Below are positions 28,760 through 51,230 of a stretch of 64,000 bases of DNA, in pieces; position 1 is the first letter of the stretch; each line of letters opens with the position of its first letter. The stretch comes from the human T2T-CHM13v2.0 reference genome, Homo sapiens. The notes beneath the pieces were generated by a model, which saw only the letters and a program-made list of their open reading frames with translations, had not been told where the DNA came from and did no database searches. The stretch lies in NCBI RefSeq assembly GCF_009914755.1, contig NC_060933.1. One strand, written 5' to 3'. Made by a program: the position numbers and the translations under genes.

Positions 28760-28968
28760 AGCTTGGGTAACATAGTAAGACCCAGTCTCTACAAAAACAT
28801 TTTAAAAAATAGCCAGCATGGTGATGTGTGCCTGTAGTCCCAGCTGCTTGGGAGGCTGAGGTAGGAGGATTGCTTGTGCCTGCGAGGTCAAGGCTGCAGT
28901 GGGCCGTGATCATGTCACTGCACTCCAGCCTGGGTGACAGAATGAGACCCTGTCTCAAAGAAAAAAAA
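28760..28968 (+). mobile_element. 5'-truncated AluJ
   Basis: Starts at the end of the left arm. Right arm has 'ggattgcttg...aggctgcagtg'. Confidence 0.85.
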
Positions 28969-30770
28969 GATAGTTAATATTTAATATTTTAAAAACTTAC
29001 TTTAATGCAAAAGATAACTTCTAGGTTTACAAGCATTCACTCCTCTCTGCGAATAGGCATGATGAATACCGATCCTGCTCTTGTTCTGGGGGTAGGCACT
29101 TGATCCAAATTGGGCAAACTAGGTTCTTGCTCCTAGAAATGTGAGATGGGGACTGAAGTGTTCAGGTACCTAGGGCTGCTTGAAGCCTAGTTAAGAGTAA
29201 ATTAGCTCTTTAGAGAGAGCACAGTCATGGAGACTTTAGGGATGTCTTGGTGTCTATTTTCTCAAGACTTCCCTATTCAACAATTCCTTTAGTTCCAGCA
29301 AATTACTACTCTTTGCTTAAATTAATCAGAATTAATTTCTGATGCCTGCAGCCAACACAACAATAACAAACATATCTTTTATTAATTGATAATGCATACA
29401 AGGTAATCAATTTAATATTAATCTTAATGTGGATACATTAGGAATACGAAGGATGGAGTAATTGAATGGGAAATATTGATGACCTGAAAATCTTTGCCTG
29501 ATAAAAGTAACACATAGAAGTGGATCTAGTCCAGCTATAGAACTGTACAAATGAAAATATGCTGATTTATAACTACCTTCACCTAAACTGGAGATTCGTC
29601 AGCTTTGTAGCTCCTTGACGTTCCTGGATCATTCAGAATCAATAATCCCAAATCCTGCTACTGAGATGGCTCTCTGTTCTGTATGCAGGTGGACAGTGAC
29701 TCAGAATCTTTTGGTGCAGTAAAGCAGGAGAGTGGGAGAGAAAGATAAAAACTAGGCTGACTCTCATGCAGCCATCAGCAAAACCTAGGGATTTTTGTCA
29801 AGGTATTTTCTTTCCACAAACAAGTGTTCATTCCCGTCACTTCTGTTGTACTTATTTATGAGATGTGATTGCATGAAGTATTCTTATGCTAAGGTCTGCA
29901 TCTTATTCACCTGTGTACGTAGTGCCAAACAGTTATTGGCACACTATGGGCTCTCAATGAGTGTCGAGACAAATTAGTATATATGATAATACAAACCAAG
30001 TTACTTCGCTTGATATATTACTTGAGGTTCTAAAAGTTTTATGAAAACAGAATTCTTGTTCATTTAATTAAATTTTACATATATTAATGTCAGGTATTAT
30101 TAAAGAGAGTCTTATTATGAATCACTATGGGATGAAAATCATCATCTCCAATTTATACTCCTGATAGTTTGTGTTGCCATGTCACAGATTTGCTTATGTC
30201 ACAGTACAAGTGTAAACAATTCTCACTTGAAACAATGGAAGTTATCTCTTGAGACAATGGAATGGGATTATAGCTCCCTGAACTTCAGGTTTGCATCTGT
30301 CAAAAATTAAAGTAGGAAATTCAGAAAAGCAAGGGGTTGGTGGAAGAGAGGAGAGACCCATCCAGTAGGGGACTGTCTCATAGGGGACTTACTGAACCAG
30401 ATGGGAAGAAAGCCAGTTCCTTTTCTTTTCATCTTATAGATTTGTAGATACGCATGACATGATTCATAAAAACAAAGTGAAAAACTTAAAGCAAAGGAGA
30501 AGTTTTACTCTTTTCTAATGATCTTCGGTATTGTTGGCATGCAAAATCTAATGGCTACATTTGATTATATTTATGAGATCTGACTACACCTTTTTCTAAA
30601 ATTGAATTCCTATTTGTTTGCTTTCCTTACAGAATAACAATGAATGTTCTAATTGTGAAATTTGGATTCACCTTTGAGTCCCTCATAAAAATTAGGATAC
30701 CATTAAAATGTACTGTACTTTAAAAATATTTTAAAATTTAATTTCAGGCTCCTTAATAATAGTAGGAGGC

Positions 30771-37195
<6,425 letters not shown>

Positions 37196-37727
37196 AATAG
37201 TAGGAAGCTAATTTAACTCAATGGCTTATAAGTGCCAATGGGTTGGTATTTTGATGGGCATTGTAATTACTACAATATCCAATCAGATTAAAAATGGCAA
37301 GTTCTTTTTTATTCTCTAAATGTAAATATGACCTATTTCCACAGCACCTTTAGAAAGTACAATGTTTTCCTGCCCCCTGTAGCAACACAAGCTTTTGAAA
37401 TCTATTTATATAGAGATCATGTATTCCTCTTAAACATTTTTTAAAAAGGTTTGACTCCATGGCCAACACCAGTTAATGACCTCTTTTTGTGAAAGGATGA
37501 TACATGCTGAGTGTACAGGGCCTGCTGTAACCTAGAGATTGTTTTAATATCACATTGAGCCTCAGTGCAGAGATAGAACTTACTGTTTTTGAAAGATGGT
37601 GGATAGAGGGTTCACAACTGCCTGGACAGAGTTGGGATAATCTTTCACACTCCTGCCCTGAAAATTAAATTAAGATAAAAGAGCAACCTTTGCAAGAATA
37701 ATTTTTATCATTTGTAAATTCAGTAAT

Positions 37728-38141
37728 TGTATTAGTTTCCTAGTGATGCCTTAACAAAGTGCTGCAAACTGGATGGCTTAAACAAGAGCAATAAATTCTG
37801 TCAGTTCTGGAGGCTAGAAGTTGAAATCAAGATGTCAGCAGGAGAATCTGTTTCTTGTGCTTCTGTTTGTTTGTGGTGTCACTATCAATCCTTGGCCTGC
37901 GCTATATAACTGCAATCTCTGCCTCCCTCATCACAGGGCTTCCCCCGCCACTGCCACCACCCCGTGTCTTCACATTGTGTTGGTCCAAAAAAAACAGTCA
38001 TATTAGATTAAGAGTTTACTCCAGTATGACCTCATCTTAACTCATCTGCACAAGCCCTATTTCCAATTAAAGTCTCATTCTGAGGTACTCGGGGTTAGGA
38101 CTTCAACATATCTTTTTGAGGGACACAGCTCAATCCATAAG
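37728..38141 (-). mobile_element. MLT1B/C-type solo LTR
   Basis: 'tgtattagtttcctag...gttctggaggctagaag' ... 'ggggttaggacttcaacatatctttttgagggacacag'. Confidence 0.85.
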
Positions 38142-40169
38142 CCATTATTGAATTTTTTTTAAGGAAGTGAAGTACCTCCGTTTTATTTTTTTAATTATGT
38201 GAGGAGAAGTGTTTGATGAATGCCCTGGAGTCTAGGGAGAAGTGTCTCTTCTCTGGAAACACCTGAAGGTTTCCAAGTGAAAGAGTGAAAGCTATTAATG
38301 TGTTGCATGTATCTACTCCAAGTTAAACCCATTTCACCATGGGCTTCCTGGAATCCTAGACAGTGGTACTGCAAACAGCATAGAGGACGTTTAGTCCTGG
38401 GCTTGTCAACCCTTATTGCTGGGTTTTGAGGTTTTTTTTTAAATCAAGCTTGATCTTGTGGGGAGCTTAATCTTTAAACAGAGGAAGACTGAGCTGCTTT
38501 CCTCAATGCAGTGGTGGAGGTGGTAAGGCCCTTTTCACATCCACCCTCTTCCTCTCCAAAACTTCAGGGGCACCTCCACAATCCCAGAGTCAGAATCAGC
38601 CAAAGAACATATTAATAATTTAGATGGCTGGGTCCTCCTTCCTCCCTGACCTATGGAATGTGAAGCTCAGGGGTAAGAATTTGAATTGTGAACACACTTC
38701 CCAAGTGATCCTTTATGTTCACTAAGGTTTAATAACCTCTTTCTTAAGAACTTCATGGAGCACAGTCGGAAAACCTCTGAGCTAGTCCAACCTTGAAGAT
38801 GAAGAAACAGCCCGCAGAGGAAGCTGTCAGGCAGATGAGGATGGTTAGAGACAGAGCCAGGGCTCCCCCATTTGGCTGGCCTCCAGCATCTCTGCAACAG
38901 CAGTACAAGAGGCAGCTCTTTATTTTCTAGCGAAGCTGGGGAGAAAGCCCACCTCTGAACTCTTTCAGAATGTTTCCCACACATTAATTATCAGTAAAGG
39001 GTATTTATTTCTTTATTTCGATGGTGGAAAATAAATCCATTACTCGTGTTTTCACCTAATAGAACACCGTATTCCCCAAGGTCAGCATTTTAAAAACTTA
39101 TAAAAATCGATCTCCAAGAGCTAATGGCTTCGACCGGGAGGTAAGGATTTTGGTTCTAAGCCCTTTCTGTTAACTAATGGCTCAATAACAGGACTGAAAT
39201 CATTTGGGACTGAAAGGAATTCCTAATGATGAAGGAACATCCTAATAAGAAATGAGTGGGATAGTGCCATAACCCCGAAATCTTGGCGCATTCAGCCTCG
39301 TAAACCTGCCGAAGTCCATGAAAACAGCCTTTGTGCCTCCTCTGGCACCACATGTGAGAGAGATCCCAGATTTCTTATGAAGCGAAGTGGCTGGAGCAAT
39401 GTATCTGACCGTGTGAGGTGACACACACCAGGTCTTGGAGCTGCCTGTAAATGAAGGTCCCTCTTAGTGTTTGGTATTGAACTCTGGGCAGGCGAAGTCA
39501 AGAGGACTTTCCCTTGTTTTTCATATTGGTTGGTTGTTAAAGGTATGCAATGTAACTTGGAAGTGGATTAGAGAAAGGGGAACCCATGTCCATTACATGT
39601 AAGTGTAACTTGAGTTTTTAGTAGAATGTAAAAGTAAGACAGGGCCCTAAAGCCTCTTAATTTTAAACAATTTGAATCTCCACTCAAGTCTCACCAGGCT
39701 GTGTGTACAATGTTTTAGCACAAGTCAATAAACTAATGTTTTTGTGCTGTGCTTGTTCTTCGGGGAACTGTCTGTGTAGCTAGTCCTATTTCCATCTTTT
39801 GCTTGTTGGGAAGTGGCCCAGTGGTCTCACAAAAGATAGACCATGTTTTTCAAGACTCAACATTGTACCCAATCTTGAAAGCTACACTCATGACTGTTCA
39901 TAAAGAATCTGCTACCATTGTGGCATGTGGGTATGAGCTGAAGACAAAAGTTTCCTTTTTAATTTATGGAGGCTATCAGCTTCCTCACTGACAAGAATGT
40001 AGCTGCACCTTTCTGATAACAGTGCCACCTGGCACCTTCCTAAAGATGGATGCTCCACCTGATGACCCATTTGTGACAAAGAGAAATATAGCAGCTGCAT
40101 GTCTTGGAATGCTCGTGCCAGCATGGGGAGTGTGCCTTCTCTCTCTGTGGGCAGCTTTCTAATTGCAAG

Positions 40170-41172
40170 CAGTGCCAGCTCCATAATTTATGAGGCCCAG
40201 TGCAAAATGAAAATGTGAGTCTTCTTGTTCAAAAAGCAGGAAAAAAATTTCATTAAAGGAACTAAATGGTAAGGCTTCTCCCTGTCTTCCTTTGTATTTC
40301 TCTCAACTTGGTATTTTAAATTTACAGTTTAATGTCATTTTAAGTGAAGAACAATAAAAAATTATTAACATGAATTTTACTGTTTATATTGTACAATGCT
40401 AGTTTTATAGGCAAATTTAAGATCATTTAACTCATATAGGAATCATGAAAATTACACAATGGGTATTTCATAGCTCACGCATGCATATGTATTTTGTTCT
40501 CACAAGAACAATGGAATGGCTGCACAAAACTAACCCAATTGTTTCTCTTTCACTTCTTGATTCACCAGTTTGTACTAACACTCCTCACTTTGGGCTTACT
40601 GAGGAATAAGGAAGAACTGAAAGGAAAAAGGAATTATGGGTTTCCCTATATGTTCCTGTCTATGCCATATTTTTCAGCATAAGTAGTTGGGCAATACAGA
40701 GAAATAACATGGGTAAGAAGATATACAATAGGGTTCCTTGGTAGTTCTTGTTACTTAGAACATCATTGCATTCTTTCTGCATCTGAAGCAAGTTCTAGTT
40801 AGAATGGAGAGCATGGCCACTCTGGGCTATCAGTGTCCCTGCTTATTCAGTTGTAGGCATAACATGCTTACATTAAACTCCCTTTGGATTGTGCTGAATG
40901 CCCATGAATTAGAAGTCCACCAGACTTCTGGGCTCATGGGGCATTGCAAATGCTGTTTGTGAATGGAAGAGCATGCACGTTGCCTGTATCTCCTTTGTTC
41001 ATGTGCCTGCTCCATTGTCCTATTGGATTTCAGTTACAAAACACAGATTCAAAGATAAAATTACTAAGAATTTCAAGATGGCAACAGCAGAGCATTAAAC
41101 CACACGTGGGACCGTTCTGAGCATGGAGACTTGTGTGGCTGCCCAGGTCTCAAAGCCAGGAAGCCATCCCTG
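40170..41172 (-). mobile_element. Full-length MER45B-type hAT-Tip100 non-autonomous DNA transposon
   Basis: TIR-like ends 'cagtgccagct' and 'aagccatccctg'. Subterminal 'ggcccagtgcaaaatgaaaatg' and 'aagaatttcaagatggcaacagcagagcattaaacc'. About 1 kb, with a decayed 8-bp TSD attgcaag/acgggaag. Confidence 0.8.
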
Positions 41173-41382
41173 ACGGGAAGTTATAATCAGAGAGTGTTTG
41201 GTAAGCATGAAATAAAGATCAAGGACTTCAGGAGACCTTAAGTGACCATTATGCGGCATTGAGACCAGGGCATGTTCTAGTTCAAGTGACCATTTCGGTC
41301 ATGGCTCAGATGTCATCTTCTTAGAGGCTACTCCTAATCATCCATTCCAAAGTAACTCTCCCTTCATCATTCACTATTACAG

Positions 41383-41539
41383 CAGTGGGTCTCAAATTTC
41401 AACCTGTATGACTGATGGTCCCACCCCCAGAGCATCTGATTCAGAAAGTCTTCAGTGAGGGCTGAGAATCTGCTTTCCTAACATGTTCCCCGATGATGCT
41501 GATACTGCTAATTTAGGGATCAAACTCTGAGAACCACTG
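41383..41539. mobile_element. MER5A MITE inside an L2 3' fragment (~41295-41750, +)
   Basis: TIRs 'cagtgggtctcaaa' and 'tctgagaaccactg'; internal 'cccacccccagagcatctgattcag'. Confidence 0.8.
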
Positions 41540-42244
41540 CTCTGTTTCATCACCCTGCTCTTCTTTTATACAACATTTTCCTGGAATTATGTTTGTATTT
41601 TAAAATTTGCCTATTGTCTGGTTCCACCACAAGAAATTAAGCTCATCGCGAACAGGAATTTAGTCAGCAAAGTTTAACTGCTATGTTTCGAGGATTCAGA
41701 ATATGCCTAACTTGTTATAGGTACTCAGTAAATATTTATTGAATTAACAAATGGACGCATGGCCAGGAAGTTCAATGGGTGAAAGATTTTTTAGATGGTG
41801 GTGATTGGAGTGGGTCTGGGCCACAGAAATACTTGTATCCACACCCAGATAGGGGGCGGTGCTCATCAAATTTTCTTCTAGGCAAATAAAATACAAAGTT
41901 GCAAATCTAGGGGCAGGGAGCAGTAATCATGAAACATGATGCTAGTGAACCAACAGGATAATTTCAATAGTAGGGATAGGAGGGCTGCATAATTTCCTCT
42001 AAGGCTTGAGTATGTGGCCATTGCTAAAACAGAATAACATGCAAAGCTCCCTCCTGTGCCTAGGTGAATTCTATAGCCTCAGCAACTCTGTACATGAGGG
42101 GTCCCTGCATGACTTCTGGTTGACAAAAGCAGTTATTTAAGCCTCTTGGGAAGAAGCCTTTGCTGTTGGTTCTTAACCCCTGGTGTATTAAACTCACTCC
42201 TCCCTCCAACCTCTAGTGAATCTAATTTGCTGTTCCTAGGGGAG

Positions 42245-42620
42245 TGTATTTGGTCTGCATAAATAAGTACCACAGACTTTTTGGCAGGTGGCTTAGACAG
42301 CAGACATTTATTCCCTTGCCAATCTGGAAGCTGTCAGAGACCAAAAATTCATCAGGGTTGGTTTCTCGGAAGGCCTCTCTTCTTGGCTTGTAGCTGGCCA
42401 TTTTCTCCTCTTTGTCTCCACATGGTCTTCTTTCTGCGCTTGTCTGTGTCCTAATCTTTCATTTTAAAGACACCAATCAGATTAGAGCCCACCCCAAGAG
42501 CTTCATTTAACCTTAAGTACCTCGTTAAAGACCTTGTCTCCATATACAGTCATATTCTGGAATCCTGGGTGTTAGGACTTCAACGTATGAATTTCGAACG
42601 GATGCAATTCAGCCTTAGCA
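42245..42620 (-). mobile_element. MLT1A-type LTR splitting a MER5-like MITE (~42166-42710)
   Basis: 'aagtaccacagact...ggtggcttagacagcagacatttatt' ... 'gttaggacttcaacgtatgaattt'. The flanks read as the two halves of a MER5. Confidence 0.75.
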
Positions 42621-45600
42621 GGTGGGACCCCAGGAAGTTGTATTTCTAGCAGTGTCTCCAGGTAATTTCGATGAAGCCAGGCCTAGAGCCCGTGTTTGGT
42701 AGCTTCTACAAACACCTGCTAGTTCTGCAGCCTCCTCCACTGGCATGACCCTCTCTTTTCACCTTTGCAAATGAGGGCTTCTCTGCCAGGCCAGCTGACT
42801 TTCAACTAGATTGTAACAGATATGCTCCGGAAGGAATCAGTAACCCAATACCTTGCTGCCTGCAAACATAATCTGGGTTTGTTTGTGGCTGGGCTTCTGG
42901 ATATCAACCTAGAGACATTTCATTTCCAATGAACTATGTTCTCAAAAGCAAGGTAGGTTTGCTCTTTGCAGAAAAACCTGAATCTGAAGACGGGTTGTAA
43001 GTGAAGCTTAGTGTGTTGGAAAATGGATCAAATGTAGACCTAATTGCCTATAATTTATTGTCTGTGGTCACAATTTAGTCTGCTTTCCAAGAATCCTGAT
43101 TAAATCCTCAACCTCAGGATACCCCAAGGAGCGGTGCAACACTAACAAGCATTTGCCTGAAAAGTCAATCTTCAGTATATATTTCCCTCATATAAATCCT
43201 TCCTTTCTTCCACTCTCAAAACTGTCCATATGAATGCAAATAACTCATCTATAGTAGGAGCCACTCTCTCTGCATGTGTGTTTTGGATGTAGGGAGTACG
43301 GGGGTGAGGTAGGTTGGGATTAGCCTTCCACCATCTGTGTGAAACAGTTTAATTTTAAAAGCACACTCTATTTGCCATTTTTTTTTGAGTTTATGAAGTG
43401 CTAAGTCTGCTCCCAGGTGGAGACAATATTTTCCTTTGAGTTTCGTGGAGCAAGAGCAGTTTTTGAATTGTGCCTTGCATGTCTCAGGGATAAAGTGATA
43501 CATTTTCTTGACCAATCCTGCTATATTAACAGCGGTGGCGCCAATATCACAAGTTAAATATAGAATTTACTATTGGTGTGGGATGTCAAGGTTCAGCTGT
43601 CCTCAGCTTTGATTTTGGACCAAAAGGAGGCCTAGATACAGGGGCTCTATCATTCTTCTAGAGGGTTTGAAAATATGTGGAAATGTGTTTTAGGGGTCAC
43701 ATGTTTGGGGGTATTCCTGAAATGCAATGGAAGGAGGCAGAGAAATGAGACATCTCATTCTGTTCAGAGCAGTTTGGCACAATGAAGACTGATGCACCCA
43801 AAATGCTTTTAACAGGCCTCCTGGGAGCCTCACGATGGTTATCAAAGCATGAGTTTTAGTAACAGCAAAGATGGAATGAAAATTGATGTGATGCTTCCCT
43901 TCAAACCCTCAAGCACTGAAAACAGGCTGAGGGAAGAGGCTGGCCTGGCTTGTCCTACCTAACTTGTTCAGGAGGAAAGTGGGAGCCGAAGAAGCCAGTA
44001 GATCTTGCCTGTGCCTTGATCTCCAGGCCCTGCCTGGTTTGTACTTTGCACAGAACCTACAAGCTCAAGACAGTGCCCCTGAGCCTTAATGCTGCTGGCT
44101 TAGGAGAGAGGTGAGGCCACCCAAGTAAGTGTTATCCCCACCCAGAGAGAAACGTAGTCCCATGAAGGCAAGTCAGCCAGGCAGGGAGGAGAGTGTTGGG
44201 TAGAGTAAAAAACTGAAGTCCTGAACTTCTCAGAAAGGACACAAGAGTTTATGTGGTTCTGTTTACTAAGGGGCATGAATGGAATATAGGAGAACTATTC
44301 TTCCTTATTTTTTGCACTTCATCTGTATAAATTAATACAAGTATTTTCCTCATAACTTCTTCAATTCCTTGGCATCATCCTCAAGGGATATAGGACTTCC
44401 TCTTTGATTCCATTTTATTTTTAAACTTGTTTCTCCTGGAGTGGGTACTTTTTTACCCTTAAAATAAATATTATAAACTTTTCGTTTAATTCGACATACT
44501 GTTACATTTCACCAAATGGTTAATAAGTAAAACATACTTTTTAAAATTCATTTTTATTTCCTTTAAAGTTTTCAAAAATGATTATTTAAAAAAGAAACAA
44601 TTGCTGTTGCAAGCACCCTTTCTATTTGTGGGTTGTAATAAGACACCTCAAATAAATTTGGGGATAATTTTGAAAATAATCTTTTCCAAAAATGACTTAC
44701 AGTTGAAAATAAGATTACTTCTCAAGTAATAGAAAGCATATATTATTTTTAGAACTTGAGATTCAAGAATATCTTATTTTTATAGTAATGGTGGGCAGTG
44801 TGAGAACAACATGCATCACTTACTATGGATATAGTTATTACTAAAGTGTTATAATCAAGAAATGTGAAAAATCTTAATTTGATTTCATTATTTTTCAGAA
44901 ATTTTCATTCTGTATGTGTTGCTGAGACTCTCCAAATGCATTTTTTTCCCTTTGTGAAGAATAAACTAGATCTTATTAAATTCAAAACTTTCTTTTTATT
45001 TTATTTTATTTTATTTTATTATTATTATACTTTAAGTTTTAGGGTACATGTGCACAATGTGCAGGTTAGTTACATATCTATACATGTGCCATGCTGGTGT
45101 GCTGCACCCATTAACTCATTGTTTAGCATTAGGTATATCTCCTAATGCTATCCCTCCCCCCTCCCCCAACCCCACGACAGTCCCCAGAGTGTGATGTTCC
45201 CCTTCCTGTGTCCATGTGTTCTCATTGTTCAATTCCCACCTATGAGTGAGAACATGCGGTGTTCGGTTTTTTGTCCTTGCGATAGTTTGCTGAGAATGAT
45301 GGTTTCCAGCTTCATCCATGTCCCTTTACAAAGGACATGAACTCATCCTTTTTTATGGATGCATAGTATTTCATGGTGTATATGTGCCACATTTTCTTAA
45401 TCCAGTCTATCATTGTTGGACATTTGGGTTGGTTCCAAGTCTTTGCTATTGTGAATAGTGCCCCAATAAACATACGTGTGCGTGTGTCTTTACAGCAGCA
45501 TGATTTATAGTCCTTTGGGTATATACCCAGTAATGGGATGGCTGGGTCAAATGGTATTTCTAGTTCTAGATCCCTGAGGAATCGCCACACTGACTTCCAC

Positions 45601-45757
45601 AATGGTTGAACTAGTTTACAGTCCCACCAACAGTGTAAAAGTGTTCCTATTTCTCCACATCCTCTCCAGCACCTGTTGTTTCCTGACTTTTTAATGATTG
45701 CTATTCCAACTGGTGTGAGATGGTATCTCATTGTGGTTTTGATTTGCATTTCTCTGA

Positions 45758-46124
<367 letters not shown>

Positions 46125-46137
46125 TAAATGTCTTCTT

Positions 46138-48616
<2,479 letters not shown>

Positions 48617-49348
48617 TGACCACCAATGGGGTAATAAATTCAACTGTTCAATTTTATGAACCTAGTGCATTTAAAGTAATCTTGTAGGTACCTGGATGGG
48701 AGATGTCAAAATTAATAAGATGTATTCTTATTTACTATCTATTAGGAAATAGAAATGAGAATTGACATAGCTGGAATCTAACTAAGGCAGGCTTCTATCA
48801 GTACTGCAGTAAATCTGTGAGGAAGAAATGATGTGCTATGGAGTGCACAGTTATTCAAGCAATGTTTTTAACACTTGCCAAGCCAAGATCTCTCCTGTGT
48901 ACTGGGAATACAGTGGTCAAAAAAAAAAAAAAAAACATATACTGTCTCTGCCCTCTTGGAGCTTATAGGATAGGGAAAGCATATGTATCCAAAAGGGACA
49001 AATTCTGGCTGGAGTAACGAGGAGTAATTTCATTGCAAAGACCATACTGGGATTTTTGTGAGAAGGAAGGTAGTATCTTAACATAGAAACGTCAAAGGGA
49101 AAAGCATTCCTGAAACAGAACAGAAGCTCAAGGTAGAGACTTTGGAGAATGTATCTGGAAGTGGAAAGTAAGTCTCAGATGCTGGATCCCATACACTGGA
49201 GCACAGGATTAATCTAGAAAGATTTGGAGATTGATTCCATGCTGTGAAAGATTCTCAGTGAGCACCCTTTACTTGCTATTTCATGAATCATGAAGTGACA
49301 AATATCTCTCTTAATGGTGGAAGTATTTCCCATTAAAGTTTGTAAGGT

Positions 49349-49460
49349 AAGCACTTTTTCCCTTCTTGTTGTGAGTAGTCAAAAACAAACAAAACACAAA
49401 CCATGGAGAAAGCATTTTTTTCCCTTCTTGCTGTGGGTAGTCAAAAAAAAACCTTGGAGA
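49349..49460. repeat. Local tandem duplication, ~50-60 nt unit x2
   Basis: 'aagca..ttttcccttcttg[t/c]tgtg[a/g]gtagtcaaaaa...acc[a/t]tggaga' occurs twice. Confidence 0.9.
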
Positions 49461-49614
49461 ATTTTGATTAGGAGGATACTGTGATCATATGAGAATGGCA
49501 GTGGCAAGAGGGCTGTTTCACAGATCTCTATTATGACTACACTCCACTCCTGACTCCCAGTGAACAGGCCATGGTAGACATATCCCCCACGGGCAGATAA
49601 TGTCTAGAACATCA

Positions 49615-50184
<570 letters not shown>

Positions 50185-50454
50185 CTAGATTGGTAGTGAT
50201 TCTCTTGCCTGTGCTAGAATGCAGGTGTAAAGGAATTTTGTAGAGGCAGAAGGTGCTGAGTTCTTCCTTGGGCAAATTGGGTGGATACTTGTGGAATATC
50301 TATGCAGAGATGCACAGATGAATGGTCCTGTGAATTTATGATTTGGAAGAGAAATCAGTGAAGGGGAAGGGAGGCAGCATTTATAGTATCTTACTATGCA
50401 TCAGGTACAGTGCTAAGTGCTTTACAAATGGATCTTCATTTAGTTAACGTTCTC

Positions 50455-50680
50455 TGGGCAGACTATGTCATTTGCCTGTTTGTTCTCAAATCCATCCCGT
50501 TTGTTTGCTCTGTGTTGCACTGAGAAAGGCTGTCCTTGAAAATGGCTTCTGGCTTGATTTGACAAGCGGGAGGGATGGTGGGAGATCGGAGGGCTGGAGA
50601 AAGATATTTCTCTCCTCTCTGCTTCCAGTTGCATCTCCAGTAGCAGTAGCTGCTTTATCTTTTCTTTGGTACCCTCTGTA
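50455..50680 (+). mobile_element. LTR33-like 5' fragment
   Basis: 'ggcttctggcttgatttgacaagcgggagg...ggagatcggagggctggag'. Confidence 0.6.
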
Positions 50681-50859
50681 ACTGGACAGAAAAAGAAAAG
50701 GGGAAAAAAACCCCACAGTCTGTGTGCTAAATTTGGCTGCATCTCTTATATGAACAAATGTGCTAAATTTGTGCATATAAGAGAAAAAACTTGCCAAGAA
50801 GTGGCAGATATATATTTATTATATAAAAGATAGGCAGTTCACACCTATTATGGTAGCTT

Positions 50860-51230
50860 TGCAATTTCTTTAGGGACCTAGTCATGTATCTCTGCTCAGC
50901 CATATCTTACATGTGGTTTCTACTCCCAGGGTCTCCTCATGGTCCAAAATAGCTGATGAAGCTCAGCCATCATATCTGTGCTCTAGGCAATAGGAGAAAG
51001 AAAAGGTGGAGAAAAGGATTATCCCTCTAATGCCTTCACTTGTATCTCATTGGCTGAAACATAATCACATAGCCACAGGAAGCTGAAAGAGACGCTGGGT
51101 AATGGTGTTTTAGGTTGGTTGTAACTACTCAGCTATAAATCCAGGCTCTTTTGGCTTTGAAATTGGATCTTGGATTTGGATAAAAGAGGGGGGATAATGG
51201 ACAGTACACAGCATCTAGAAGTCTCCGTTT
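50860..51230 (-). mobile_element. Old MLT1 LTR fragment
   Basis: 'ctcatggtccaaaatagctg', 'tctcattggctgaaacataatcacatagccac'. Confidence 0.55.
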
